From assembly GCA_973895155.1 (NCBI GenBank), contig OZ316891.1, positions 27,565,561 through 27,629,560 on the forward strand: 64,000 bases of DNA. Reading direction: 5' to 3'. Shown here piece after piece: positions 52,095 to 64,000 of this stretch. The translations under genes and the position numbers were made by a program. The stretch's first letter is position 1. Every line of letters starts with the position of its first letter. This DNA comes from Marsupella aquatica. Lineage: Eukaryota > Plantae > Marchantiophyta. A model generated the notes under the pieces. The model was not told the DNA's origin and ran no database searches. It worked only from the letters and a program-made list of their open reading frames with translations.

Positions 52095-53090
52095 TCACAG
52101 GACAGAAAAAATGTCAAGGTGAGCAAAGATGTTCCCTGGGGTATAGCTTCCTACAACATTGGAAAAGATCGAGGTGAATGAGATGTTAAGGACAGAAAAA
52201 TGTTGAGAGAAAATGATTTCGAGAAGAGAAAAGATGTCATGGAAGAAAAGATGTTGAGGAGAGAAGAAGTTGTTGAGATTAAAAAAAGATTCCAATGAGA
52301 GAAAATATGTCAAGGAGAGAAAGGGTGTTGAGGAGAGAAGAAGTTGTTGAGATTAAAAAAAGATTCCAATGAGAGAAAATATGTCAAGGAGAGAAAGGGT
52401 GTTGAGGAGAGAAAAACAAGTTGAAATGAGAAACATATTTCAAGGAGAGAAAAGATGTCAAGGAGAGAGAAGGTGTTATGGAGAGAAAAATATGTTGAGA
52501 TGAGAAAAACATTTCAAAGAGACATAAGATGCTGAGGTGAGCAAAAAGATGTCGAGGAGAGAAAAAATATAGAGAGAAAGATTTTGAGATAAGAAAAGGG
52601 TGTTTAGGCTGGTAAAGATGTCAAGGCGAGAGAAGATGCCATGGGAGGGGACAAAGATGAAAATGTATGCTTCTTATATAATACAAATATGAGGACATGT
52701 CAAAGACATTAATATTACACACATGCACAAACTAACCTCATCATAAAGAACATTTTTGGTCAACCTTACAAGACCCTTCTTGAAATCCGGAAGCAAGACC
52801 TTAATGCTTGTAGAATATGTCGAGGTGAGGAAAAAATGTTGAAGGGAGCAAAAGGTATCAAGGAGAAGGAAAGATGTCAAGGCAACACAAAGATTTTGAA
52901 GTGATGCAAAGAAATGTAGGCAGTGTTGCATAAAAGATGTTGAGACAAGGAAAAAATGTCAAGGCAAAGTCGAGGTGAGGAAAGTATGTTGAGTAAGGGA
53001 AAAACTTTGAGGCAAGGCATAGATGTAAGGCAAGACACTGATGTCAAGGCAAGGGAAAAATGTCAAGGGAAGACAAAGATATCAACAATG
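52095..53090. repeat. Purine-rich AAAGATGT ladder (~19-20 bp period) with an internal ~77-bp exact duplication
   Basis: Recurrent aaaa(g/t)atgt(c/t)(a/g)agg; tgttgaggagagaagaagttgttgagatt block at ~52252 and ~52326. Confidence 0.8.
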
Positions 53091-55049
53091 CAATAAATAA
53101 AAGCGAGCTCATTTGCCCCACACTGCAAAAAAAAAAAGCTTCTTACGCAAAAGCTCACATTGGTTTTGTAAATACTAAATGGTTACCATCTCACATCCCA
53201 AGCATGGTCGCACAAAGTGAGCAGTTTTAAATTTATATTTATATTTTTTCTGTGCACTAAAACATTCAACTATCCCATGTTGTTTTCCTTCTCTTTTCCC
53301 CACTTCTTCTTACTTTTCTCCATGATTGTATTAAACTCTGCATGTGCCAATTTCTCTCTATCCCTCTGCGTCTTGTATTCGGTATTGTATTGTAGTATCT
53401 TTTGGGGAGAGTACTAATTATACTCTAATATAGCCTCCATGAGAAACCAAAAAGTATTATTGGGGTGGGGGGAGTCTAATTGTATTTCCTCTCCATTTCC
53501 TTTCAGGACAAAAATGAAATTAAAAAGTACACTCTATTTAGCTCCATAATTATTGTACCTTCAAGTACAATTGTCACCAAGTGTAATTAGAGCATGTAAA
53601 GTGGTCAAATACTCAGATGTGCCTTGGTTCTAGCTATGGCGGTCACATGTACCTTGCCCTTACTTACCTTTGCATGTGAGATAGAAATGAGGGGAGACCC
53701 TTGGATGATTTTGGTGTCATCTAATGGTCATTAAAAATCTTCTTTTCAATGGACGATCTGGATTTGTTCCGGCCTTTTTAGATATTTGTAAGCAGACTAA
53801 GTCCAGAAATGGGCGGGATTGCATCTTGTAGAAGCAGATGGTCTAGTCTATGCTTACATTTTGTATTAATTTGAATTTAGCTATTTCTCCTATTCCTGTA
53901 ATTTTTCAATTCCTTAGGAAGTATTACATATATGGTAGAAATATATATATTCATATACTAAATATTCTTATGTTTTTCATTATTAGGTGACATGGACACA
54001 ACTGAGAGATGCACTTTAACATATATATATCCATTGGTCAAAATTTCTCTAATATTTATGGATTATACATTAATATGTGTCACCTAATAGAGAGCCTCTC
54101 AAACTAGAGTCTTAAAGTAGACTAGAAAATTAGTGCATTTCTCTGTCAATCACAAATATTATACCCCTAAGATAATTGACTTATATATTCAATTGAATGT
54201 ACTTTTCTGTCTCCCAAAGGTACTGTACCTCTCTTTCCTTTAAAGTTGTGTATTTTTATTTATTTTATTTTTTTAGAATCTCTTTTAATACATTTGAATA
54301 AGATGGGATATATTTTATTTCAGAAACCGGTTAAACTTATAGTACTCTAAAAGGTGTACAATTGAATTTATTATCAATAAGTTAAAATAGCATGGTCTTA
54401 GAACTAGCCAGCTATATCCAGTTAAAGTCTAATGAGGCTGCTATATGGTGAATCCACCTTTTAGATTTTGTCTCATTCAAATTTTGTGTCAAGTATTTTG
54501 ATTTTAATGTGCCTTAACAAGGTAAATAGTTTGTATTAATTTGATTTTGAACTAACTTTAGGACCCCTCTTAATTATAGTGAACTTAGAGTATTTTGAAT
54601 GTATATGGCTCCCCTCATCAAGGTTTAATCTTCCTTTTCAATCACTCCTTAGTGGATTCTCTTTTTTCTCATGAGAGTGTACGAAATGAGTTTGAACAAT
54701 GTGCATATCTGGTATACTAAGTTCCCCTCATGGTTTACTTTGCAAAATTTATGGTTTTAATGGAGTTGAATGTCATTACCTAGAAGCAAGTGAAAATATG
54801 TATTGTATGTGCACAACTCAACTCCTTAGTACCTTTGTACTTTCTTGGTCATAATGTGATTTTATGTGCATATATTTTACATGTACCTACTTAACTGAAT
54901 TACATATCACTACAAGACAAAAAAAAGAGACATGTTCCATTCAAGATGAACATGCTATATCCTCAAACATGTGTCTAAGTTTGCTCCATTTTCAGATAGT
55001 TTCCCTGCCCAAAAATCTGAAAGGTTGTCATGCATTTACACCAGAAGGT

Positions 55050-56005
55050 AGTTTGTATGCTACAATGGCTCACTTTGTCAGAAATTGAATATTATAGTGG
55101 TTGATTCGCATATAGCACCTTTTTTTTCCTGATAATATGTCCCACAATGCAAACAGGGCCTCACTATACACCAATCACATCCCGGGAGAAAATACACCCG
55201 AAACACGCGTTATTATATTCATTCAAATGGGTCATACAACAGCTCACAATTGGCTCACTTTGTCGGAATTGAATATTGTACTGGTTGACTTATACACAAT
55301 ACCTTTTTCCTGATATTATAGCCCACAATGCAAACAGCACAATATACCAATCACATCCCAGGACCGAATTCAGTACAAACCGGTGTTATGACATTCCATT
55401 CAAATTCAAATTGGTTATATTATAGCTCACAATTTCTCTGGAGAAATAAATTTTCCAGGATTTTTAAGTGTATTAGGGTGTGTCAAAGCACATCTATAAT
55501 TCTGTTACAACTCAGAAGTAAAACATTGTTACCACTAGGACAAAATTATTATGGGCTACCCAAATATGTACCTCATAACAGTAACATTGTTATGGCCAGG
55601 ATAAAATCATTATGGGCTACTAAAATACCTAAGTAACTCAAAGGGTAACACTGTTAGGACCCGGACAAAATCACTATGGTCTACTAAAATAGATACCCCA
55701 TAAAAGTAACCCCGTTAGGGTCAGGACACCAAAATAGGTACCCCATAAAAGTAACCCCGTTAGGGTCAGGACACCAAAATAGGTACCCCATAAAAGTAAC
55801 CTCATTAGGGTCAAGACAAAATCACTCTCGACTACCAAAATAAATACCCCATTTTGGTGATAGGTCCAAAATAGATACCAAAATAAATACCCCATTTTGG
55901 TGATAGGTCCAAAATAGATAACAAAATAAATACCCCATTTTGGTGATAGGTCCAAAAAAACAAAATAGATACCAAAATAAATACCCCATTTTGGTGATAG
56001 GTACA
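55050..56005. repeat. Compound minisatellite with successive ~185, ~60, 44 and 43 bp tandem units
   Basis: tggctcactttgtc..gcccacaatgcaaacag x2; ggacaaaat.attatgggctac x3; cccataaaagtaaccccgttagggtcaggacaccaaaataggta x3; ccaaaataaataccccattttggtgataggt x4. Confidence 0.9.
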
Positions 56006-56728
56006 AAAAAAAACAAAGCGCTAACACTTTGGTTAGGGGAGAACTTGACACGCGCTATTGTCTCCATGTAGCCCGGACATTTCAAGCAGTAGTAGGCCCT
56101 CAGAACGTGCACTAGAGCACTCGTTTTTGGTGATATGATTATAGTGCACAGTGCCTTTTTCCGTGGTAACGCACTCGTGGTTCGTGACAGACAATGTACT
56201 GTAGTACACAGTGCCTCAGTTTTCGTGATATTATTCCCCCACAATTCAACACAGGGCGTTACTACATACAAATCACATCCAGGGACGGAGGGGACTGATT
56301 TTGGCGGCCGAGTGCTCATGACTCTTGCGGACTCGATTGTGCAATTTTGAACATCTGGGGCTCGTGCTTACCCACATTTCCCCAAGCAGCCAGCACAGCA
56401 AGGCAAGGGACAATCTCCATCCTACGCGAGCGAGCGAGCCGAGCTCTATGGAGGATCGAGGAGTTAGCAACTGGGCAGGTTTCTTTGCACGTCAGCAATC
56501 GTCTTCGACCTGTCAGCGATTTCAGATAAAACACCATCGTTATGTCACGAGTCCACCACCTCGCAGCTGGAGCCTGGAGGTGGAGCTGGAAAAGATGTCC
56601 TTAGGTTGCGTCTATTGCCTCAAGATGAGTGGCACAGCTGGAGGAGATTCAGGAGGACTCCTCTTGCATGATACAGCAACGGAAGCTGTGAAAGCTCTCG
56701 ATCACCAACTGAGGCACTGTTGCTAGTT

Positions 56729-56997
56729 GGACTTCTTCGTATCTTGAACGAGGGCAAATCAGGTTCGATTCAACCCTTTCTTGTCCGACTGTGAAGAATT
56801 CCGTTCAGGTTGCATGCGCAGGCGGAGTCGGGTGGTAATGGGTGCTCTTGATCACGATCTGAGTTATTGTCGCTATTAGGACTTCTTCATATCTTGATCA
56901 AGGCGAATCGGGTCCGATTTAGCCCCTTCCCTTCTCCGACTGTGATGAATTCCCGTTCAGGTTGCATGCGAAGGCGGAGTCTTGTGGTAATTGGTGA
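56729..56997. repeat. ~150-bp-period diverged tandem duplication
   Basis: ggacttcttc.tatcttga..tccgactgtga.gaattcc.ttcaggttgcatgcg.aggcggagtc x2. Confidence 0.85.
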
Positions 56998-57773
56998 CTA
57001 TTGATTGACTGGGTGCATCGCGATCTGCGCAGCTCCGAGTACTCTTCTGGGCAACGGAGGAATTGAAGGAAGGAAGAGAATTCGCCCCTAGCTCGTCTTT
57101 CCATCCCTTTCCCGAGGTTGTTTCTCGTTCTGAAATCTGCATTTCACCAGCTGCTACGTGCCGATCCGCCGACGACTGCCTTTACGAAGGGGAAAGGTTA
57201 ATGGCAGCCAGTTACGACAGCAGGACTTGACCAGTGAATAAGTACAGTAGCCTGTTAAGCCCAATTGGTTCCCGAAGAGGTTAAGGGCGGAAGAAATCTG
57301 CACAAATTTTACCACTGTGTAAGCGCATATAAAGAAGGCAGGAGATGAAGGAAAGCTCGATCAAGGAACGCAAGAGCCAGGGAACCGTTGGGGCATATAT
57401 AACACACGGGTTTTCGTCCTGCTTCAACGCTGCTAACAACCACTAATGGGTGGAGGAGGAGGAGGCGAAATAACGCTCACCATGTGCCGTTAGGGTCTGA
57501 GTTCGCCAAAAATTGCATGAGTGAATGATTTCACCTGGAGTGGGGAAGTGGGGGAGTGGGCATGGTTTCTTGTGGGGAGAGCTGGAGGGAACGACGTTAG
57601 CACGCTTGGGTCTGAGTTCGCAGATTTTGCACGAATGGTCTGAAGCTGGAGTGGGGGAGTCGGCATAGATTGCATCGGGGAGAGCGAGACTGAGATGAAG
57701 GAGATGAAGGGGTGAACATTGATACGGGAAGATTGTACTCAGCTACTTCGTGGGGATCTGTGCAAGAGAGATC

Positions 57774-60700
57774 ATGTGGGGGTCAAAGAAAGATGCGGTG
57801 GATGCGTGGTGTGTGTTTCTCGTCTCAGCTGTTTTGCTTATGATATTTTACTGGGCATCCCCGACTGACAAATTGCAAGTGCTACGGTCTGGCATTGTGG
57901 CACCACAATACAGTTGGAAATCTGAGTCCGGGAGTTCGATGCCGATTGGCAACCCCCTTAAACCACTGGTGCGTTACTCTGGACCTTTCGCGCGTGCCGA
58001 ATTTCCGTGGTTATTTTCTCTTTTCGTGGCAGATTTTTCACAGCCTTGTAAACATCTCAGAAACCGTGCGAGGTGCAGCTGAGGACATGATTGTGAATGG
58101 TCATCCTCCCTGCATGTCTCCAATTTAATGGTGGTCAGTAAGCAATCCAGAACAGTTTAGTCCGGACCATTTCTGGTACATCGGGATGGATTTCTTTAGC
58201 TCAGCTATTGACGCAATCGCCTCCTACACACGCTCTGAACGCTCTGAAGGGCTGTCGCCTGATGTTTGGGGCATATGGGGTGTGGATTCTGTCCTCTTTG
58301 GGAAAAAATGGCGAGCATGGAGATATTTAACCATATTTTTTACGATTGAATTCCAAATTTCATATGGTTGAATACAATACTGTTGTTCTTTTCAACTAGT
58401 ACTCCACTGTCTGTAGTGCTTCACCGCTTATCCACTTTGCGGTCGGTCTTTGCGTTCGGTCCGCAGGTCGGAGAATCGTTGTGGTTGGATAGATTGTCTT
58501 CTGATCACGTTTTAATTGAACAAGATGGAGTAGTTATCATTCGGTTCTGGAAATTTGTCTACGCGAGGCAGGCAGAAGGGGAGATTGTTTCGCCTAGCTA
58601 GCTTTGAATTACTGTCGGGACTCCGCGTGCCCTATTTTTCATCTTTCTAGAGGACGTTAAGGTCCAAGCATGCAGAGCTCATTAAATCATTGAGCTATAG
58701 GTGAAATTGGCCCATGAGTAGGTGATCGACAGTTAACTTTAGCAGATATCGACACTTAAGTTTAGCAGATGAACGACATTTAAGTTTGGCATGAACGTGC
58801 TGTTTTTTTCAGAAAGAGCAGCGCCAGGACCCAGTTGAGGAGCAGAACCAGAAGCACAGAAGAGTGGCCATCTGCTTGGTTGGAGGCCTGCGAGCGTTTG
58901 AGTTGACGGGTCCCAGTATTAGGAAGTACCTGTTGGACGTGTACCCGGAGGCGGACCTGTTCGTCCATGCGCCAGTGGACAAAGACGTTCACAAGCTCAC
59001 TCTTCTGGATGGCAGACCTCATCTGGCATCCGTCAGGCTCTTCACTCCCACTGTGCTGAACGAGACTTACCTTGCCACGCAATTATTGACTAGCTCCGGT
59101 TCCCCAAACGGAATTCAGGTACTGAATTGCCCGCTTGCCAGCTCTTTGATCTCTTGCTTTTTAGAGTTACATGAGCTCCGCCGGCTAGATGGAAGCGTTT
59201 GAAAGGTGTAGTAACTGTAGATCATTTTAACAGTTCAATTTGGAAACACCCTAAACGCTGCAGTCGACGAATTCAAAAGCCTCGGAATGTGAGGGGGCTA
59301 CGGGGCGTTAATACTTCATCTTTTCAAACGGAATTCGGGTCCCTTTGGAGTTTGGAATTGTTAACTCCACCCAAGCGGTATTCTAGGCGCCAGGTGCTCG
59401 TCGACGATTACGGACCATTACGTGATTCAACTTTCTCGACTAATGTGAAACGGTCGTTTTGGGAAGAATTTATCGTGAATTTCTTCTATTTTTATATGTA
59501 GCAGAAAGAAGCTGAGCACTAACACACCTTCTTACGATGCAGGTAGGCTGTGATGTGAATTGTTTAGCTTCCTAGACAATAGACTTGTGTAATGAATCGG
59601 AGTAGGGCTGGGGGTAAGCGTTGTGACCTCGAGAACAGAGAGCAGAGCCCTAGAACACTAGCACCAACGTGGCTATGTCGACCAGACCTGTGGTGCGTTT
59701 CCAATTGCTAATCAGGGCAGATCTGCTCGAATAGGTCGTTATGCCTTACCTGCAATGCGCCATTCAAAGAAGTAGCTTAGATTTCACTGTTGATTGTAGA
59801 ACAGTGTTTACAATTGGAGGAGAGGCAGCTTTCATGTTGCTTTGGAGAACAGGAAACTATCACCCTAAATCACTCAAATTGTCATCACAGATGTTTAATG
59901 GATGTCAAGTCAATGGGAAATCAAAATCATGAAATGAGATCGATACGAGCTGGGAAGATTTGCTTTATCTGCTTCTTGGTGGTTCAGCATGCCATTTGGG
60001 GTTTTTCATAATCCACCCAGAACCTCTTCCATGCCCGACGATTGATCTATTTTCAAGGCATTCCAACGATTGATGGAACTTTTATGTGTGTTGCCATAAT
60101 TATGATTGGCTATTCAGCTGAGGCTCACACAAATACGTTACTACTGGAACTCGTTTTGGATTTGCGTTGGGCTGCGGCTCTTTATCGCTTGCCTTTCAAC
60201 AAATAAGTCTGTCCTCTGAATTCAGATGTTGGAAATTGGATTATGCATAATTTTGCTATACCATCTTGTGCAGGGTCTTCTGCAGTATTTTCGTCTAGTG
60301 GAAGGATGCTGGAATATGATTCAGGATTACGAAGTCCACCACAATTTCACGTACGACTGGGTGATCAGATCCAGGGTAGACGGTTACTGGAATGGACCCA
60401 TGCCTCCCATCGAAGCCTTCAATGCTTCAAAGTATTATGTTCCTTACGGTTCTAGTTTTGGTGGCCACAACGATAGGCTGGGTGTAGGAACACGTGAAAC
60501 AAGCAGGGTGGCATTGCAGAGGATTAGTTTACTTCCTGAAATATATAAACTTGGCTACAGAAAAATCAACTCAGAAATGTCGTTCAAAGCCCAGTTCGCC
60601 ACCAATCATGTGGAGGTCGAGTTGAGCAGGTTTCCTTTCTGTGTCCTCAGCACGAGGAGGTACGGGTTCCCAGTTGGGCCAAGGAGTACTCTAGTGGCTT

Positions 60701-61044
60701 CAATTGGGAGTAGAGGACCTTTAAATGGAGCCAAATGTCGTCCTTGTAGACCTAAGCTGGTAGGGGATCTGGCCTGGAAAGCACTCAATGTAAGTAAGGA
60801 ATCCAAAGGATCTATTGGACCGACAGACGAGGCTGAGCTGTGTGATGCACATCTGGCTTGGGAGCTCAACTGGGAGGAAATATACGACGCGGTGGCCGGA
60901 CCCGATATGGCTGAGGTGCGCCAACGGATTGCGAGCAGGTCTCTAGACGAATGCATCCGAGAAATGCAACTATTCCAAAAACATTGGGAGTTCTGGAATG
61001 CTACATCAACTGAGGATCTGTGTAGGGCTGAAGCGACAAAATAA
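57774..61044 (+). CDS. Uncharacterised conserved plant type II membrane protein (tentatively DUF7796-like); exons 57774-57968, 58813-59118, 60274-61044
   Basis: N-terminal TM helix; RVAICLVGG.RAFELTGPSI, GSPNGIQ|GLLQYF.LVEGC, YDWVIRSRVDGYW.GP, FGG.NDRLG, GPLNGAKCRPC; phase-0 GT-AG introns. Confidence 0.85.
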
Positions 61045-64000
61045 TTAGTCTGTGTCGGGCTGAGGGCACTCCCTACATGCAGCTAGTCCAGTGCCAAGGG
61101 AATCTCTGCAGTGTGCCACGAAACAGTCTCTTAGATGGATTGAACGCTGTTGTATTTGGGTAGTGAACTAGTGGGCACTTTCCGATGTAGCACATTGGCC
61201 ATTTTCTCACTCCCTTGTCACCCACAAATTTTGCCTCTTACTATAGACATTGTACTAAAACACCTCTTCACCTTATCATTCCGAACCCTTTGATTTCCGA
61301 TGAATCTGAAGAAGGTTGGCAGCGGCAGGAGCTGGTGTCACTAAAGATGTGGGCGCTGTTTCATCAGGCCTGGCAACTCTCAAAGAGCTTGGTTTCCTAA
61401 TAGCCTACAAAATGGAAGGTATGGGAAAGTGGAGATAATTGGAAACCATTTATTGACCTAGAAGCTGTAAAGTAGAAAATGATGCAAATCCTAGATCTCT
61501 GTCAAAAGATCTGTGATTACAATAAGAGCCTTCTTAGTAGGCCGAGTAGCACCTGTTAGTGATCAAGAAGAGGAGAATCATGGGTAAATAATTGTTTTGT
61601 AGCACAAGTCTTTCTCTTGCAGAGGGTAGAATCCATGCAATGATTTTGCCTATTGCAAAATCTTTGCCACATCCACTCGTCACGGCAAAGTGATGTGCTA
61701 CCTTGTTCTCTCACAATTTAGGCTTCCCCTCATTCCTCTTGATAATTGAATAAGAAGAGTAGTCATCCGCTGCTACTTGTCTCTCCATTTAAGCCTTCCA
61801 GGTGGAAAAAATAACCTTTGGGCATTTATATGTTCATGAATCGAATTGTTATTGTTCTATTTCTATTAGGGAACTTGAGCACAGAAGAAGGTGAGACTCT
61901 TTGTGTTCAATCAGACTTGTCTTTTGCTGTGCCTGTCAACAGTCTTGCTGCGAGAAAAATTGGACTACTTTTAATGGATTGAATTGTTTGTGTTGTGCTA
62001 GTACCTACGCTGCGCAAGAAAATCTGTTTCTAGCTTAGCCTGTGAAGTATACCCATAGAAGTAGATATCTTACTGCTATAATATCTCATTTGCTACTAGC
62101 TCGTGCAAAAGGATGCAAGAAAACCATTCAGCTAAGCTACTTTTAACTCAGCATGTTCTTTTTTTCTTAGTCTTACACATATGGAAGGGAATTTGGGTCC
62201 AAACTATCCTCTCACACAGTCAAATCTTCAGTTTAGTGGATTGTGATACTGAAAGAGGGCAAACTCTCAACATTTCGAGGATGCGAAACTTTTTACAGTA
62301 CACTAACTCGGACTGTTCCTTATCAATACATATCTATGTAATATTTAGTCTTAAGCTATTCTGTAGACAGACCACATTGAGGATACTGAAATAATTTTCA
62401 TGTCTGCGATTCGCCATCCTTATTTCTGTGCCCAAAGATTTGACCGGAAAAATGAAAAAGCTCACCACTGATCAGGAAAGAGTTCAGTTTCACTTGTTCA
62501 GGCTGAGATTTCACCAGACAAACTAAATTAAACGCAGTACTTATCCCCGAACATGTCACTGCAGCTCAACGGACAACATCACAATTCAATCTCCAATGGA
62601 ATTTGGACTGTCAGCCTTCCCCTCTACCTGCCTACTCAGGCTTGTAATCCTCACCACGCATAGTTCAACATTCCCTCGCTGCAACGGTTGAGCTATGCAA
62701 AACATAGAAGCTATAGTAATAATTCTCACATAAATATAACTAGAGGTTATAGCATTGTTTCTCACAAAAAGAACCGTGATCTATCACAGAGACACGAGGG
62801 CAAGAAGCAAAAAGCAAAAGCAAGCTGAAACTCTCATTATATATATCAAACTGCAAAAGAACAATTCCAGATGGGGGCTACCAAGCACTTGCCACCAAGC
62901 ACTTATCCTCGGAGCGAAAGATACGAAGCGAACACACAACAAAGATAAACGCCGAGAGATTCTCGCAGCCCACACGTCTGAGCCCGTAGACTCAAGATGG
63001 ACAGACTTATGAGCGTCAAGTAAGCCAGCAAGTACCCTTCCTAACCACCCCCGTTCATGCCACCAAAATTATTATCAAGAGTGCCCTCGACGACAATCAC
63101 AAACTAAGATCACAGCGAGAGACAAAGGCGAGCCTGCAAGGTCGACCATCGGAGGGCAGAAAGAGCTCACAGGACAAATGAATATGAGAGCATCGGACAA
63201 GAATTAACAGGAGAGCCGATGTAATGCAGGAACTACGATGAGAGAGTAAACCAATGAAAGTCGACACCATGAACCAAGTATTGAGCATACCGCTGAATTG
63301 GCCAAGCAGAATACACAGCAGGATTGCAAAGTAAGGAATAGCAGCAAGATAGACAAAAGCAACTGTAGTATAGCACCAAACGAATGACAATGAGAGAAAA
63401 AACCAACAATGCCAAAGAGTGCACGTAGCAGGAGACACGGTTTGAGCACGCAGCAATAGAACGAACTGTCGGAACGAACACATAGCCAACGATGTTCATC
63501 TACAGCCTCTGCACTCGTGGTCTAGAGGGACCGTGAAAGAGAGTTCATGGCAACAAACACACACACAGCCCAGCCCAGCCCAGCCCAGCTAACGAATGAG
63601 CTCACATCTGAATCTGATGGAGTTAAGAAAGGTGGCCTCCACGTACCCAGACTCCAGAACCTTCACCGACCTTCGACCATCCGTCTAAAGTTAGTTATTA
63701 TTCCTCCCTCAGCGACGTGGTTGCTGTAGTCATCAATAAAGTGCCAAAAGAGTCATCCGTGCTTCAAATCCTGTCAATTGGGCCCTCTCCTAATGGGATC
63801 AGTCTGTCAATAAGAGACCGTTCCATTGTCCGCTGTCCTCTAAATCCGGGCAGGCCGGCAGACGGACAGACAAGGAAGGCTGCAGCAGCTTTGGTTGCAG
63901 GCTGGTGGCTGTACGGGAGAGGACTGTGTGCACGGTTTTCTGCTCATCTACAAAAACAGTCATACAGTGAGTAGTAGGTTTTCCCCAGCTGGTGCTAGAC

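Noticed and set aside
63097-63499. Hydrophobic minus-strand ORFs
   Set aside because: All three frames look hydrophobic because of T-rich composition; no family recognised

Overview
Eukaryotic, intron-containing land-plant DNA. Gene style and repeat content suggest a non-seed plant such as a bryophyte, but the taxon cannot be fixed from the sequence. Five plant-type genes are supported: a DUF1685-like gene (-), an ORP4-type oxysterol-binding protein gene, an intronless PHT4;6/ANTR5-type anion transporter, an RTNLB22/23-type reticulon, and a membrane-anchored uncharacterised plant protein. The outlier is an intact, intronless, signal-peptide-bearing FAD oxidoreductase (5563-6978, -) that resembles secreted flavin oxidases of filamentous ascomycetes. 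It is a horizontal-transfer candidate and sits between an L1 LINE 3' end and a Helitron-like element. Intergenic DNA holds L1 and CRE-type retroelement relics, a non-autonomous Helitron-like family built on an AAAGATGT ladder (partly head-to-tail), a G-rich repeat element, a MITE and many tandem arrays. One ladder carries a perfect 33-bp inverted copy of the neighbouring reticulon's probable last exon. All family assignments come from motif recognition by eye, not database searches.
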